Positions 1 to 16,323 of a stretch of DNA of 64,000 nucleotides are shown one piece after another. The stretch is taken from assembly GCA_012295275.1 (NCBI GenBank), contig CM022672.1, forward strand, positions 33,914,001 through 33,978,000, written 5' to 3'. The DNA comes from Chrysomallon squamiferum. Its lineage: Eukaryota; Animalia; Mollusca. A model generated the notes under the pieces. The model was given only the letters and a program-made list of their open reading frames with translations, did no database searches and was not told the DNA's origin. A program made the position numbers and the translations under genes. Numbering within the stretch: position 1 is the stretch's first letter; each line of letters opens with the position of its first letter.

Positions 1-239
1 ATTAATCATTGCCTCACTGGCTGGCAGTTTTACCTTCAGTTCACGTTTTCTGAGTTTTCTGAGTTTTCTGAGTTTTCTAGTGAAACCTGGAGTATGTTCC
101 AGTGTGAGGCAGACACTTTGTGTGTGGAAAAAAAAAAAAGATTATTTCTCCTGTGTGAAAATTTCTCATATCTAGGATTATTACTGGTTAGTTACTTTTA
201 CGTTTTATCTGTTTTTCTAAATAGTGTGTCAATTTTTGC

Positions 240-760
240 ACTACTGATATGGTGTGTGTTGTTAATATTACACAGGTAAGTATTAAAATTCTCAAATTAT
301 TAATGGATAGATAGATTGTGTTTTATAAATACTTCATTGAAATAAGTGTAATTTTATACTACTGCTGTGATATATCATTAATATTACACAGGTAAGTATT
401 AAAATTCTTGTATCAGGAATTATTAATGGATATATAGATTGTGTTTTAAATACTTCTTTAAAATATGTGTAATTTTATACTACTGCTGTGATATATCATT
501 AATATTACACAAGTATTAATATTCTTGTATCTGGATTATTAATGGATATATAGACTGCATTTTAAATACTTCTTTAAAATATATGTAATTTTATACCGGT
601 GATTATATAACTAATTAATTAGGTATGAATTAATTTGATGTTAAAATTCTCGTATCAGGTATGGTTAGATAGCTTATGTTTTATACACTAATCTAAATAG
701 ATGTGTAATTTTTGTATTCTACTACTGGGATATTTCATTAATACTACCCAGGTAGCTGTT
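240..760. repeat. Degenerate ~116-120 bp tandem repeat (~4-5 units) carrying a CAG|GTAAGT donor-like motif
   Basis: taatattacacaggtaagtattaaaattct occurs at ~263-292 and ~379-408, with decayed copies near 500-520, 620 and 750. Confidence 0.7.
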
Positions 761-948
761 TATTATTAATTTGTTGTAACAGATATTTGATTAAACAGAT
801 ATGTGATTGTTGTGATACTGCTGTGATGTTAGATTTATATTTCATAGCTAGGTGTGCTAATTTCATTGTCTTTAATTTCTAACTACCATCTGTGTTTATA
901 TTTATGTGTGAGTGTCTGTTTGTGTGTGTGTTTATGTGTGTGTGTGTT

Positions 949-984
<36 letters not shown>

Positions 985-1775
985 GTTACTTTTAAGAGGT
1001 TTTTGTATGTGTATGAGATACATTCACTGATCTTCTTTCAAAGCGTCCAAAAATTTAGTATTTTTATATATCACATATAATAATAATAATAATTATTATT
1101 ATTATACAAATATTAAAATTTTATTTCAACATATCATTTTTATTAAGTTTAGGATTAAGATTTTAAACTGTAAAACTCAACTACAGTAGTATTAATACAA
1201 ACTTTATAATCACACAAAATAACTAAAACCATTTTTAGCCAGCAAATATACAAAAATAGCCTGAAACAGATCTACATTTTGTATAACATCTAAATAATTG
1301 TCTTACTTATTTTTGTTTAAATATTTCTACTATTGCATTCAAATTCTGTAACCCTACACATTGTTATTATTACTGTTGATGTTGTAGTAATTGTTGTTGT
1401 TGTTAACTCAAATTTCTAGCACTGATTAGGTCTTTAAAAACAAGACATGTTTACTGTTACCACTACATTAGTATCACTGCTGTTGTTGTAGTTGTAGTAG
1501 CTTTTATTACTGGTGACGTTCTGTTTATAAACACTGTTAAAAATAAATTATGTTAATTAGTTTAAAGTGGTAGGTATGTGTTTAAAAACACACAGTTATG
1601 TTTCTGCTGTGTACAGAACATGCTGTGGTTATCATCTGAAAGTGAAAGCAGTCTGAGTCTGACTGAAAATAGCTGATGCACAGACCTGTACACTTGTTAA
1701 CCTTTCTGCAGATTCACATTAACCCCTGCACCACACTGAAACATACATACTGACCTTACAGCTGCACCAGATAAA

Positions 1776-1843
<68 letters not shown>

Positions 1844-2184
1844 GTAGATATATATAAATAGGTAGATATATAGACAGACAGACAGACAGAGAGAGATATA
1901 GATAGATAGAGAGGTAGATAGATAGGTAGGTAGATGCATGAATGGATGGATAGACAGTTAGATAGACAGACAGTCATAGAAAGACAGACAAGCAGACAGA
2001 CAGACAGATAGATACCGATAGACAGAGAGACAGACAAATAGAGACAGATAGACAGATAGACAAATAGACAGAGAAATAGATAGATAGATATACAGATAGA
2101 TATACTAAACCCTTGTACTGCAGATAAAGATACATAGATATATGTATATGTGTCTGTCTGTGTGTGTGAGTATGTGTGTGTCTG

Positions 2185-2222
<38 letters not shown>

Positions 2223-3437
2223 TCACTGTGCAGTGATACATACTAACCATTCTGCTGCAATTACAGACACTTGTTAACCCTTGTCATCTCACAGCTAAAA
2301 CAGGCTGACACAAACCCTGATACTGCAGTAGTTAATTTGAGATAAGAACCACAAAAAAAACCCAAAGAAAAAACTAAAAAACTGTGGTGTTGAGAAAAAC
2401 CATAAGTTGTGTAATATAAACAAAATCCATCGGTAGATTGCTTGTCAAAATAAATAACCTCCGATATTAGTGCTGAAAAGAGAGTGTTGCTGTTACCATG
2501 GTTACTGAAATTAATAGATTTCTAGATTAACATGCCTGCTGGATTAGTATGGTGTGTGGGGGAGTTTGCAGGATGTGTGTGTGTGGGGGGGCAGGGTGGT
2601 GGCTTGTAAAATAGTTTTTTTCTGTGTGTATGATGTTAAAAAATGTCACTGACTGCTGGAATTAGATGTAACTATTTTTCTGATGTTCTAAATAAATGTT
2701 ATAGACCTTTAGTTTGTGTGTGTGTGTGTGTGTGTGCGTGTGTGTGTGTGTGTGTGTGTGGTGTATAATATATATGAGTATGTATGTGTGTTTGTGTTTG
2801 TATGTGTGTGTGTGTGTGCGTTTGTGTGTATTTACGTGTGTATTTACATGCGTATGTTTGTGTGTGTGTGAGTGTAGGCCTCTGTAATGTCCACTATATT
2901 TTAATGCATTCCTGAACCAAAGTTTCTTTTTTTTCCATTATTATTATTACTAGTAGTGGTAGCTGTAGTAGTAGTAGTAGTAGTAGCAGTAGCAGTAGTA
3001 GTAGTAGTAGCAGTAGTAGTAGTAGTAGTAGTAGTATTACTCTCACTGCTATGCATTATTTTTAGTATTAGAATTAGTATTAATATTATTTTCATCATTT
3101 TTTTAAATTATTATTTCTGTGTAGCAGGTTCCATGCTGTGTGACCTGCCATGACCTTTGACCTCACCTCAGGTCACCTGAGTAAAGTCACAGCATGATTT
3201 ATTTTTGTAACAGATGTTTTCATTGGCTGAGCTGGGCCAGGTTAGACAAGTGCAGAATTTTGTAACAGCTGATTTTACTGGCTGCTTGCTGATATTTGGC
3301 TGAAATGATATGGAATACTTGATTAATCATCCAACTGGAATGAATACATGAATGATAAATTTAATTTGACATCTCCACACTTTTGTATTATTCAGGAGTT
3401 TTTAGGTGCATGAACTTCTTTTCTGACAGTCAGCCAT

Positions 3438-3544
<107 letters not shown>

Positions 3545-4012
3545 AATGTTAATTCTATTAATTTTTGTAAAGGAATCATGTTTAGAACATGAAACAGGAA
3601 ACAGGAAACAAGAAGCAATCTTTCAACCAGTGCTTTACCACTGACCCGATTCTAATCTGTTGTCTGCAAGTCCATCAGCTGATTACTGACCAGTGAGTGA
3701 CCAGCAGGTGACCCCTCAGTGAGGACAGGCAGTCTGTTACTGTCCACTTACCACACAGCACCTGATTGAGAAAATACCATAGAACTGAATAACTGTTTTT
3801 TAATTGTGTCAGGCTTTGCAGTAACTGACCAGTGGTCAGTCTCAACTTTAATTACCATTTGCAGGAAGTGAGATAAATACTCACTGATGTTTTTAGTGTA
3901 ATCTTGCTCAGTGGGCTTCTTTTTGATTTATACATTGAGTTGTTTACTGCTCAGAGTAATGTTAATGGTTGGTGTATGTAAGTGTGAGTGTTTGAGTGTT
4001 TGTGTAGTTGAG

Positions 4013-4046
<34 letters not shown>

Positions 4047-4156
4047 ACTGACTTTAAAAAAAAAGAAGATTTTTGATATTATTCATGTTTAACACTGTAT
4101 AATATGAAAAAGTGTGCTAGGAAATAATACTGTCTTGAATAAACATGATTAAAAAA

Positions 4157-4187
<31 letters not shown>

Positions 4188-5164
4188 GAAAAAAAGAGAG
4201 AGTGAGAGTTATGTTTCATGTTACTTGCATCATACACACACAAATGCATGGAAAAACACACAGTTGCAGAAACACAAACACATAATCACACAAATACAAA
4301 CATAAGCACACACACACACACACACAACAACACATACAAATATACACTCCCATAAAAAAATTTTAAAACGCCACAATACAACAAAAAATGGAAATGAATT
4401 GACAAATATAACAAGCTTCACAATTTATTTTAATAAAATACTGCCTGCAATATGAAAAAAAACAAACAAACATTTATAGCTTTTAAAAAAAAATCAAAAA
4501 ATCTTCAAACATGACTTACATCCCCAAAAATACGACAACCACAAAAAAGCAACTGCAACACATACACAGAAAACGAAACAGAAGATAAGCAATAAGGTAA
4601 GAAAAAAACCGCTTGATTAACTTTTATGACTTCCACTAAAATGTCTTATTTTTTCAGTTTTGCTTGAGTAAACATTAATGAGCCAAAGAAAAAAAAAGAA
4701 GAAAAAATAAACCCTCAAAAAGCCACAGCAAATATTTGAGTGTTTTTTTTTTTTTTAATTATATTACTGGAGATGTTTTTGAGATGGTTTGGAGATGTAG
4801 ATAAAAGGTCTCAGGTTGGAATGGTTAAGAAGAAAGTTTTGTGTCTGATTGGATTCCAGTGATTTTTTTTGTTGTTGAAGAAAAGTGAAAGTTTAAGAGA
4901 AAACTTCCTGTTTCTTTCAGAGAGGTTTAGAAGATAAATATCAGATTACCTAATTAACTAATTCACTGTTTATTAACGGTAGCTCATGAAGATGCTGTAT
5001 TTCTTATATAATTGTACCATGTTGTACCATGTCATTGTATCGTATATCACAACCTATTCAGTTTTTTTCTTGTTTTATCTATTCCTGTGCTATCTTATTG
5101 TATCCTATTCTGTCCAAAATATCCTCAGTCCTATTACATAATTATCTTATCCTATTCTATCCTT

Positions 5165-5482
5165 ATAATAATAATAATAATCATAATCATAATATACTTA
5201 ATCATAATTATAATAATAATAATAATAATCATAACAATAATAATGATTATGATAATAATAGCAATAACAATAACAGTAAGAACAATAATAATAATGATAA
5301 TGAGGATAATGATAATAATGGTGATGATGATGATGATGATGATGATAATAATGATAATGATAACAATAATGATTAACAACAACAATAATAATCATAATCA
5401 TAATCATAACGATGATGATGATGATGATGATGATAATAATGATGATAATGATAATAATAATAGTAATAATAACAATAATAAC
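5165..5482. repeat. (AAT/GAT/AAC)n compound microsatellite
   Basis: Visible trinucleotide runs; source of the poly-I/N/D pseudo-ORFs. Confidence 0.9.
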
Positions 5483-6424
5483 ATCAAACAATCTCTGTGG
5501 TGTTCTATCTATAGAAAATCCATGCAACATATTTATTACTAACTTTCACCTTCAGTAAACAAAATGTATGTAGTATTGTATATATATATATCTATCTATA
5601 TATATATCTAGATATATATATGTAGTGTGTACAGTGAGATCAAGATGACATAGCTGTCTGGGGTAATTCAGCAAATTGCAGAGATAACAAAAAGATCTTT
5701 AATGAGCTGTGTCATCCTGTAATATAACACACGCTGTGATATACATACCTGTATGACACGCGAAGTGTTCTTTTACTGTAACTGTCTGCTTGTCAGCTAT
5801 GCACTAATGAGTTACTTAATACTTTGTGTGTATTCTTCACATTAAGTGTTGGGTTGGTAATAGAATTTTGGGTGCAGTTGTTTTATTATTCACAAGATTC
5901 AGAAGAAGGAAGTCACGTTTTTTTTTGTTTTTTTTTTACGTGTTTATCCCAATCTAACAATTAGCTCGGTTTTGTTTCATGGTTTGAGGTTTTTTGGTTA
6001 ATCTGTGCATGCAATTGGTAAGGTGTATGTGTGTGTATGTGTTTCTATGCACATATACACACATACACAGATACACACACACACACACACACACATTACT
6101 GAATAAAATGTTTGGATAGTAATGCATACCAACCAATACACGGTGTATTTTTATTTTTCTAGGGATCAAACAAATTACTCTGTAAGATAGATACACACAG
6201 TATTTTGAGGGGAGGGTCTATAAAGGGGAGGGTCTATGGATGGAGGGGGACTGTGGTATGCTATATAGTGTTACCTGAATACCTGTGGTTGTATGAGTAA
6301 TGCTGTTGGAGAGAGAATGAATTGTATAATTTATCTGTTACTTACCTGTATTTGCTATTTACATAGGTATTAATAGTGTCTGTGAGCATGTGTGTTTGAC
6401 ATAAATATATGTGATCTCTGTAGA

Positions 6425-6872
6425 TCTATACAGCATACATAGAGGTACACAGACACAAACACAGACTCATACACACATATACATACACACATATATACAT
6501 AGACACACACATATACACACACATACACATACACACATATACATAGACACACACACATATACACATAGACACACACACAGACATACAGACAGACATACAC
6601 ACACATACACATACACACATACACATACACACATACACATACACATACAGACACAGACACACAGACACAGACACATGCACTGACACATTCAAAAACATAC
6701 ACATACAAACATAACAGATACAACAAAACCACAGACACATCTACAGATAAACTCATAAACATTCTTTCATACAAACAGACATATACTGTCACACACAGAA
6801 TCAAAGAATCCATATGCACACACACACACACACACACTCACACACACACACACACACACTCACACACACACA
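6425..6872. repeat. (CA/TA)n compound microsatellite
   Basis: Imperfect CA-rich run. Confidence 0.85.
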
Positions 6873-7761
6873 CTTGAAAAACACCAAACAAACTTGTATA
6901 TATTTCTTTATAAACATTATTCAAGTTACTAATATCAGGTTTTTAAGAGTTATTATGTTTTCTTCTAAGATGTTCACAAGAACATAACATTCTCTGTTAT
7001 AGCAGTTTCACGAATCTGCCCCTTTAAGAAAGAACAGGAAATTCCTGGAAGTATTTTAACCTGACTCTTGGCCCCAGTTTAAGTGATATCTTAACAATGT
7101 GATATTCTGTAGATCTCTCTTGTGTGTGTATTCATGGCTGGAAACCATTGATCCTATCATTCTGTATACTGTTGTGTTAAAACCTGTATCACATTGTGTA
7201 TTGCGATTACATTGTTCATATTAGAAGAACATTGTTTTGTTAAAGATGTATTACTTTGTTTATTTAATCACATTTGTAAATGTTACGTAAACAATGTATT
7301 ATACTGTATATTGTAAATTACATTGTTAGTATATAAGAACAATGTTTTGATAAGATATATTATGTTTATGTAGTTCACATGATGTCACTATCTGGTATGT
7401 TGTTAGTTTGTATGAAATTGAAATAGTTAATCTGTGATATTGTTTGTTTGTGTGTAGTTCTTTTTTTACATTTCTTGTATTTTGTGCAAGCAAACCTAAC
7501 ATTTTAAAGATTATAATGCAAAATAAAACATCATTTAAATTAAGAAATTAAATATGAAAAGAAATACAAGATATTTTATATATTTAAAATTAAATTTTCC
7601 GTCTGTAAAAAGTTCTGTTACTGTATTCCACAAATAAAAAATGTTTACTCTCTACATTTTTATTATTATTTTTATTATGTTCTTTCTTTCTTTCTTTAAA
7701 TCATATTTGGATACACATGTATGCAAATTCTGTCATATAAACCTGATACTTGAAGTTATAA

Positions 7762-7818
7762 ATGTATGTATGTATGTGTGTGTGTGTGTATGTTTGTATG
7801 TATGTATGTATATGTGTG

Positions 7819-7852
<34 letters not shown>

Positions 7853-8028
7853 TGTATGTATGTATGTATGTATATATGTGTGTATATATGTATGTATGTA
7901 TGTATATATGTATGTATGTATGTATGTATATATGTATGTATGTCTGTATGTATGTATATATGTATGTATGTTTGTATGTATGTATGTATGTTTGTATGTA
8001 TATATATATGTATGTATGTATGTTTGTA

Positions 8029-8063
<35 letters not shown>

Positions 8064-8190
8064 ATGTCTATGTATGTATATATGTATGTATGTATGTATA
8101 TATGTATGTATGTCTGTATGTATGTATATATGTATGTATGTTTGTATGTATGTTTGTATGTATGTATGTATGTATGTATGTATGTATATG
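7762..8190. repeat. (ATGT)n tetranucleotide microsatellite
   Basis: About 430 bp of imperfect atgt repeats; source of the MYVC pseudo-ORFs. Confidence 0.95.
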
Positions 8191-9007
8191 CTATTTTCTA
8201 TTACACATTGTTGTATTTGTAGACAGAAAATTAATCTATTAAGTACTGAAGTGTGTACATGTGTGTAGGTGTGTATATGTATATATATAGATAGATAGAT
8301 GTACATATGTACGTTTGTGTACACACACACACACACACACACATTTCAGGTTGTACAGTAAATGTTATTCATCTAAAGCAGGTGTGTTTTACATTTATTT
8401 TATTATTTCTCTGAGCTTCGTTTAAGAAAACACACACACAGGTATAAAGTCGTTATAAAGGTGACAATGGCCGTGTTGCTAATTCAACACCTGTGATTTG
8501 ATTTGTCAGGTAAGTCACACCTGTGTATTGTGTGGTTTATACCTCATTAGTTTTACACCTTGCAACCAATTTACAGCCAATTTACAGGTACTTATAGGTA
8601 TACTATAAAATGAAACAGTTTAAACATCGCCTTAATTGGTGTTTATAATAATAATAATACTTACCTTTATTTATTTCATGTACCTGAAAATAATAATTTT
8701 GTTGTTTTCTCAGCAGGTGTTAATATTTCTTAGCTTTGATGATGCTTATAATAACAAAAACAACATCAATAATAATAAAGTTTTTTTATTTCACCTGTCA
8801 AGAAAGAATCATTTTGCTACCTGTTAAAGGTTTCCTGTGGTGATGTTTACAATAATAACAATAAATAAATAAATAAACAATAATAGTAGTAGCAGTAGTA
8901 GTAGTAGTAGGAGTGGTAGTAGTAGAAATAGTAGTAATAGTAGTAATAGTAATAGTAGTAGTAGTAGTAGTATTTAGTAGTAGTAGTAGTTCTTTTCTTT
9001 AAAGTTA

Positions 9008-9068
<61 letters not shown>

Positions 9069-9513
9069 TAATAATAACAATAGCAATAACAACACTAATA
9101 TCAATAATAACAATAATAATTGCAATAATAATTATAATAATAAACATGGCTAAAAAATAAAGAACATAAAACAAAATGTAACTAAATAAATAAGCAAGGA
9201 AATAAATAAAACGAGATAAAAGTGAAAACAAAACTGTTTAAGTCGTAGAATGTTTTTTTTTCAAAAAAAGACTCCACACTTATCTCAGTTTGTCTGGTAA
9301 TTATGTTCTGTTTCTTGTCTCAGTGTGCAAACCAACTTTGATGTAACAGTCTGCCTGTATGTGTGCAAGATAAACTAATCTTGTTTTACATTCACTAGTA
9401 AAATGTATCTGTATATCACATACACTCACTTTAATACAGTCCTCAAAAATAAATCTGCATGAAAGTGTAAATTGTGTTAGAATTTAACGTCTAATTTCCA
9501 ACACATAAACATG

Positions 9514-9547
<34 letters not shown>

Positions 9548-10077
9548 AACAAACATATAGACACACAAACACACAAATATACACACACATATATGGAATC
9601 GTAAGTTGTAAATTGTACTACATATCTACAATATACTACAGTATCAACTTTTCTTCAATATTTAAAATAATTAAACTGTTTAAGAATGGAAATTTGTGTT
9701 ACAAATTGAAACAAATGTTTTTCTTTTTCTCTTCCATGATGTAGACTTATTTAGGTAAATTATAGAACAACTGAACAATTGTACTACAATTTCTTACTTT
9801 CTTTGAACAATGTGAGAATTTTAGTGTTTGATTTGGACTGTGTATAACAAAGTTTTATTTTTTATTCTGTATTTTTTCTTTAGGGAAATGAAAATTGAAT
9901 ACATTTTTGAATATGAATATTAAAATAGCTTTTAAGATACATTAAATATTTTAACCTTTTAAGATGTTATTTAAAACCTAAATATACCTTTTATTTAATT
10001 TATTTTGATCGATATTTCATAAGCTGAACAGTTTATTTATATTAAATATTTATTATAAAAATACAACAACAAAAAAC

Positions 10078-10127
<50 letters not shown>

Positions 10128-10428
10128 GAAGAAGAAGAAGAAGAAGAAGAAAAAGGGAAAATGGGGAAAAGAAAGAAAAAAAGAAAGAATAATAAGTGTT
10201 TGTTTTGAAAGCTAAAATATTCCTCTGACGTATTACTTAAAACAGTTTGTAATACTTAAACATTTATTTTTAACAACACAACTCCACTTAGCAATGTACA
10301 AAAAATAAATAAATAAATAAATAAATAAATAAGTAAAATAACTACAAACATTTGCCTACCTGACACAAATCTAAAAATACAAATTTGACTTTTTACATTT
10401 GCCTTTGATGACAGAAACAGTTTCTCAG

Positions 10429-10515
<87 letters not shown>

Positions 10516-12392
10516 TCATGGGTAAATAATTGAATGTTTGAAAAGTCTGTCTTCTTGCTTTCTTTCTTTATTTCTGGTTATAACGAAGAAGAAAAAAACA
10601 GAGAAAAATAAAAAATAAATAAGAGAAATAAGCTAGAAAGAAAAAGAAAAAAGAAAAAGAGAAAGAAGATAAAAAGAAATAAAATAAAGAAAGGTGAAGG
10701 AAAAATTAAAAAAAAGAAACATTTACATAACATTTCTGACAAATTATAAGATAAACTGGAGAAAAAAAAAAAAAAAGTAAAGAAAAACTTTTATATAAAT
10801 AAATAATTTTCTGATGAAAGGATTTGAACTCTGAACTTACAAACTGTCACATTAACAACATTTTATATCCTTTTTTAATTTTTTTCCATCTTTTTGTATG
10901 TCTGTTTAAATACCCAGTCTTTGATTATCTGCTTTTGTAAAATTTAGTTTCAAATCTTCTTTCAGTTCATTTTTCTATTCATTCATCCATCCATCCATCC
11001 ATCCATCCATGCTACCATCTGTCTATCAGTATCACTTCAGTTCCGGTAGCATCAGTAGATTTCTATATTTAGAAACTGATAAAACAGAAATGTCAAGGGA
11101 AAACACAACAGGTGTATAGTAATTAATTTCACCTGAATTATCAGCAAATCTCCAAAATTTATCTCAGATAATTTGTCCATAAATTTGTTCAGTAAATCAA
11201 AATTCCATACAGGTAATACAGTCTATTTTATGTTAAACTGTTTTGAACTGGTTAAATGTTAAAAAAAAAAAAAAAAAAGATAAAAATGTTTTAAAAAGGA
11301 AGAAAGAAAAAGAAAAAAAGAAAGAAAGAAGAAGAAAAACGTAAATAAATTACCTGATCTTTTCTCACCTGTCGGTTTGTTGTCAATTTTATGCACCTTA
11401 TCTGCAAGCAATTAGTTCTGCAAGTCAAGTCTTTCGTGACTTTTTGTTCAGCCGACTAGTTTTTATTTTACTTTAATGTTTGAAGACAACTGTTTTGTGA
11501 GTGTTCGAAATGAAAGATTTTATTATTTATTTTTTTTACTGATAGAAAACTTTCTCAAGTTTGTTTTAAAAATCTGTTAAAACAAAAGGTGAAAACAGCA
11601 TCTCAAAACCTAAAAAACAGAGTGTATATGTATGTAGAGTTTAAGTTTTTTTTATAGATGTGTTTGTGTGTGTTTTTTTGTGTGCATGTTTGTGTGTGTG
11701 TCTTTGTGTGAGTGAGTGTGTATATGTATGTAGAATGTACGTTTTTTTTACAGATGTTTGTATGTGTTTCTGTGTGTATCTTTGTGTGTGAGTGTACGTG
11801 TATCTTTGTGTGTATGTCTGTGTGTGTGTGTGTATTTGCACACGTGTATGAATGTATGTGTGTGTGTGTGTGTCTGTGTCTGTGTCTGTGTGTGTCTGTG
11901 TGTGTGTCTGTGTGTGTGTGTCTCTGTGTGTGTGTCTGTGTGTTTGTGTGGGTGTGTCTGTGTGTGTGTGTCTGTCTCTATGTGTGTGTGTGTGTCTGTG
12001 TGTGTGGTTATAAAAACAGTTAAAATTCCAGCATCTCAGCTGTCTAATTTAATGTTTAATTTTGTTTATTTATTTTTCTAGGTCAGTAGGTTACATTTGT
12101 TTTCACATACAAAAAATACAAAAAAAAACAACAACATCTGTTTTAATTATTTATAAACAGAAAAGGCATTAGATCATCTACAATCTGTCAAAACAAAAAA
12201 ATATTTGCTTTCCATTATCCGTTAAAGAAATATTTAGTTTTAATTATTTATATACAGGTAAATGTTCACCTGAAACAGGTGTAATTGTTTGTTTTTTTTA
12301 CCTCACAGATTCAGGTCAGTAGGTGAATATCCCCCCCTTCTCCTTCATCACTGAAGTGTTTTGTAATTAACTCTGACTCATTTTTTTTCCAG

Positions 12393-12521
12393 GAGAATTA
12401 TTCATCGAATCCCTAAAGTGCTGTAACTAATTCTTTCTTGACTTTTTGCTGATAACGAAAAACATGGATTATTGTTCCTGTTTCCTCCACACAAACAGTC
12501 TGAAGATTAAACCTTATTAAG
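12393..12521 (+). other. Candidate non-coding (5' UTR) exon of the BCAR3-like gene
   Basis: Strong acceptor ttttttttccag at 12381-12392 and strong donor AAG|gtaagt after 12521; contains only a short uORF (MDYCSCFLHTNSLKIKPY*). Confidence 0.35.
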
Positions 12522-12796
12522 GTAAGTTTTTGTGTTTCTTTTTTTTTTATCATAAATTTATTTTTCTCTATTAAAATGTAAAAGTCTATTTTTATTGCAT
12601 TTTTTATAAATTTAAAATGTTCTTGAGGTTTAATTATATATGTAGGCCTATATACATATATATATATATATATATAGTAATTTTTTACTTTCAGAAAAGA
12701 AAATTTTATTGTCTATATGCTGGGTGTTATTTTTAAAATCATTATTTGTTTTAAAATGTTCTTATGATGGTATGAATATAAAGACTATATACATTG

Positions 12797-12863
<67 letters not shown>

Positions 12864-13844
12864 TCTATGCATATATCCTGTCAATACTTTTTATTTCCTT
12901 TAAAGTTTATTAAGGTAGACACTTTTTTAACCACTTTTTTAATTTCTATTCTGAAATGTTTTTCATATGAACATAAAGACTATATATTTTGTATACACCC
13001 CTACTTCCTAGTAAAACTTTTTTTTTATTTGCTTATTAGTTTTTAAATTTAATACTGAGTTGTTCAGATTACATAAATTACATCCTAAATTAGAAATGCC
13101 CTCCCACTTGTTTCAGTAACAAATTCCCTGTCTTGTTTAAGCAGAAAGCCTTTACATTTTCACACAAAAAACTCCCTCAACATAAACAAAGTACCACCTA
13201 TAACTCCCCTCCCCTACAAATTCCCCTCCCTCAGTTATTAACAGCCCTTCCCTTTCAGACACAGTTTACATCCATCCCCAATACCCCCACCCCACCCACC
13301 TCTGCTAATCAGACAAAAACTTCAGTACATCAGTTTAAAAAAAAAAAAAAAAATTACCAACACCCCCCTGACTCCATTCCCAACCCCCATTCCCATAATG
13401 ATACCAACTCAGGGGCAGTGTGTGATTCTGGTGCCAGAGTAAACAGTTTTGGTTATTATAAACAGTTAACCTCCTCTAACTGATGTCCTCAGTTCACACA
13501 GGAAGTCTGGTGAGAAACAACAAGTTGTTAAATCCACGTCAGCAAATATCAGTTTTAATTCATGGCTTCTTAGTCACCGTGAATTACACATTGTGTTGTT
13601 GAACTTTAAATTTTATTTTTTATTTTTTTTTTAACGCAAAGTGAAATTATTAGATTGTTATTGTTATTCTTGTTGTTGTTGTTTGTTTATTTATTTCTTG
13701 TTTTTTGTTTGGTTTTGATTGTAATTCTGTTAATTAATTCATTATATATATATACACACACACATATACAAGTAATACATACATATATTTATGTGATGTT
13801 TGTGATGTTTGTATCATCTTTTTTTTTTCACTCTCAAGCCTATA

Positions 13845-13889
<45 letters not shown>

Positions 13890-14267
13890 AGACACAAAGA
13901 CACTTTAACACTATACATGTAAATATACAAACATGTACAAAAAACATTAATGATACACAGAACCAAACAATTAAAATGATATTTTAAAAAAAAGAAATTT
14001 TTTCATTGTTTTTTTTTTATATATTTCTGTACACTAGATTTTATTTTTAAATAAAGCAAAACCTTTTTTTTGTCTTGATTTTGAAATATGGTTTTAATTT
14101 ATAAGGAATGTAAAAAAACAAAATAAGGCAGTGTGTTTTATCAAAGCTGAGGTTTGAAGAGGGATGACTGCTTGCAACTGTTCCTGTCTAAGTTTGATAT
14201 AAATAGTGTCTGTCTGACCTTTGTGTACTCACTTCATTATTTATTAGTACTGACTTAGAACCTGTAA

Positions 14268-14271
14268 TACA

Positions 14272-14305
<34 letters not shown>

Positions 14306-14481
14306 CATACATACATACATCATACATACATACATACATACATACATACATACATACATACATACATACATACATACATACATAAATAAATACATAGAAA
14401 CCGTATATATATATATTTTTCTTTTTGGGATTTCATTAGAAAAAACAGTTTTTATTGAGAAGATTAAGTTTTATTAAGAAT

Positions 14482-14539
<58 letters not shown>

Positions 14540-14647
14540 TTCTCTCTTTCTGTTTCTCTTTCTCACTCTTTCTCTCTCTCTTTCTTTCTCTCTATCACTG
14601 TCTCTCTGTCTCTCTATCACTCACTCGCTCTCTTCCTGCTTTCTCTC

Positions 14648-14692
<45 letters not shown>

Positions 14693-14696
14693 GCTT

Positions 14697-14729
<33 letters not shown>

Positions 14730-14820
14730 TCTCTCTCTCTCTCTTTCTCTCTTTTTCGCTCTTTCTCTCTATCTCTGTCTGTCTCTCTCTCTCTCTGTCT
14801 CTCTCTCTCTCTCTCTCTCA
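14268..14820. repeat. (TACA)n followed by (CT)n microsatellites
   Basis: TACA run ~14268-14383; imperfect CT run ~14485-14820. Confidence 0.9.
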
Positions 14821-15224
14821 GTTTATTTTCATATTAATGTGTTTATAAATGTGTGCACATGTTTAAATTATAATAACAAAACTATAATTGTAGCATTATA
14901 AATAATATTTACCTTTAAAACAGACTTGTTTACGTTACAATTTTCCATCTTCAGATATTTCTTAAAACTGTAATTTTTTTAAAAATACTGACAAGTGTGT
15001 AATTTCTAAGTTATTTACACTCAGCAGGTTCTAGTTTTTATCTTCAGGATGCCAGTGTGCATGTTTAAAGATAGAAGAATAAAAAAAATTCACTTTTTAC
15101 CTGGCAGGTCAGGATACTTTTCATTTTATCACCGATAAGTTTATATGTTTTTTTTTTTTCTTCTTTAACACAGCAAAACAGAACTGACATTGACACAAAT
15201 ACCAGATTACAGCTGTGTTTGTAA

Positions 15225-15257
<33 letters not shown>

Positions 15258-15497
15258 TTACTGTTGTTGTTGTTGTGATTAGGTTGTCTTTGGGGGAAAT
15301 TAAGAAATACAGGAATGTTTTTTTGTGTTTCAGGCACACATGCATATAAATCAAACATGCAGAAACATACATAGACATATAAACAAATATACACAGACAC
15401 ACACACAGACACACACACACATATATACACATATATACACACACACACATACATACATGTGGATATGTGCATATATTCATGCATGTGTGTATGTCTA

Positions 15498-15586
<89 letters not shown>

Positions 15587-15978
15587 TTGTATTTATGTAT
15601 GTTTTAGATATATAGATTATGCATATTAACTCATGCAAACAAATCTTTACACATATATATATGAATGTATAAAAAAATATAGCTGTAGACAAAGTTAAAA
15701 ACTGCATAAAGAAGAATAAGATTTAACAAAACTGTTTCACCTCTCATTCATTTCAGCTAATGCTGTCTTGTGTACATGTAACTGGGTTTGGCAGGAGTCC
15801 AGGGTAACCTGTAGTTTTAAAATTTACTGTCGAACTGAGAGTGAAAGTTTTGTCATGTAATCTGGCTGGTGTAATACGTCCCTGTATTTAACACTGACTC
15901 AGGGCAGGGCTGGGTTAGGCTGCAGGTAAAGAGAATGGTTTTACAGGATACCTCATGATTTGAAATTATAGATTTTAC

Positions 15979-16323
<345 letters not shown>

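Noticed and set aside
13133-13483. 116-aa Pro/Thr-rich ORF
   Set aside because: C-rich low-complexity sequence with a non-ATG start, an internal poly-A run and no convincing splice sites or domain.
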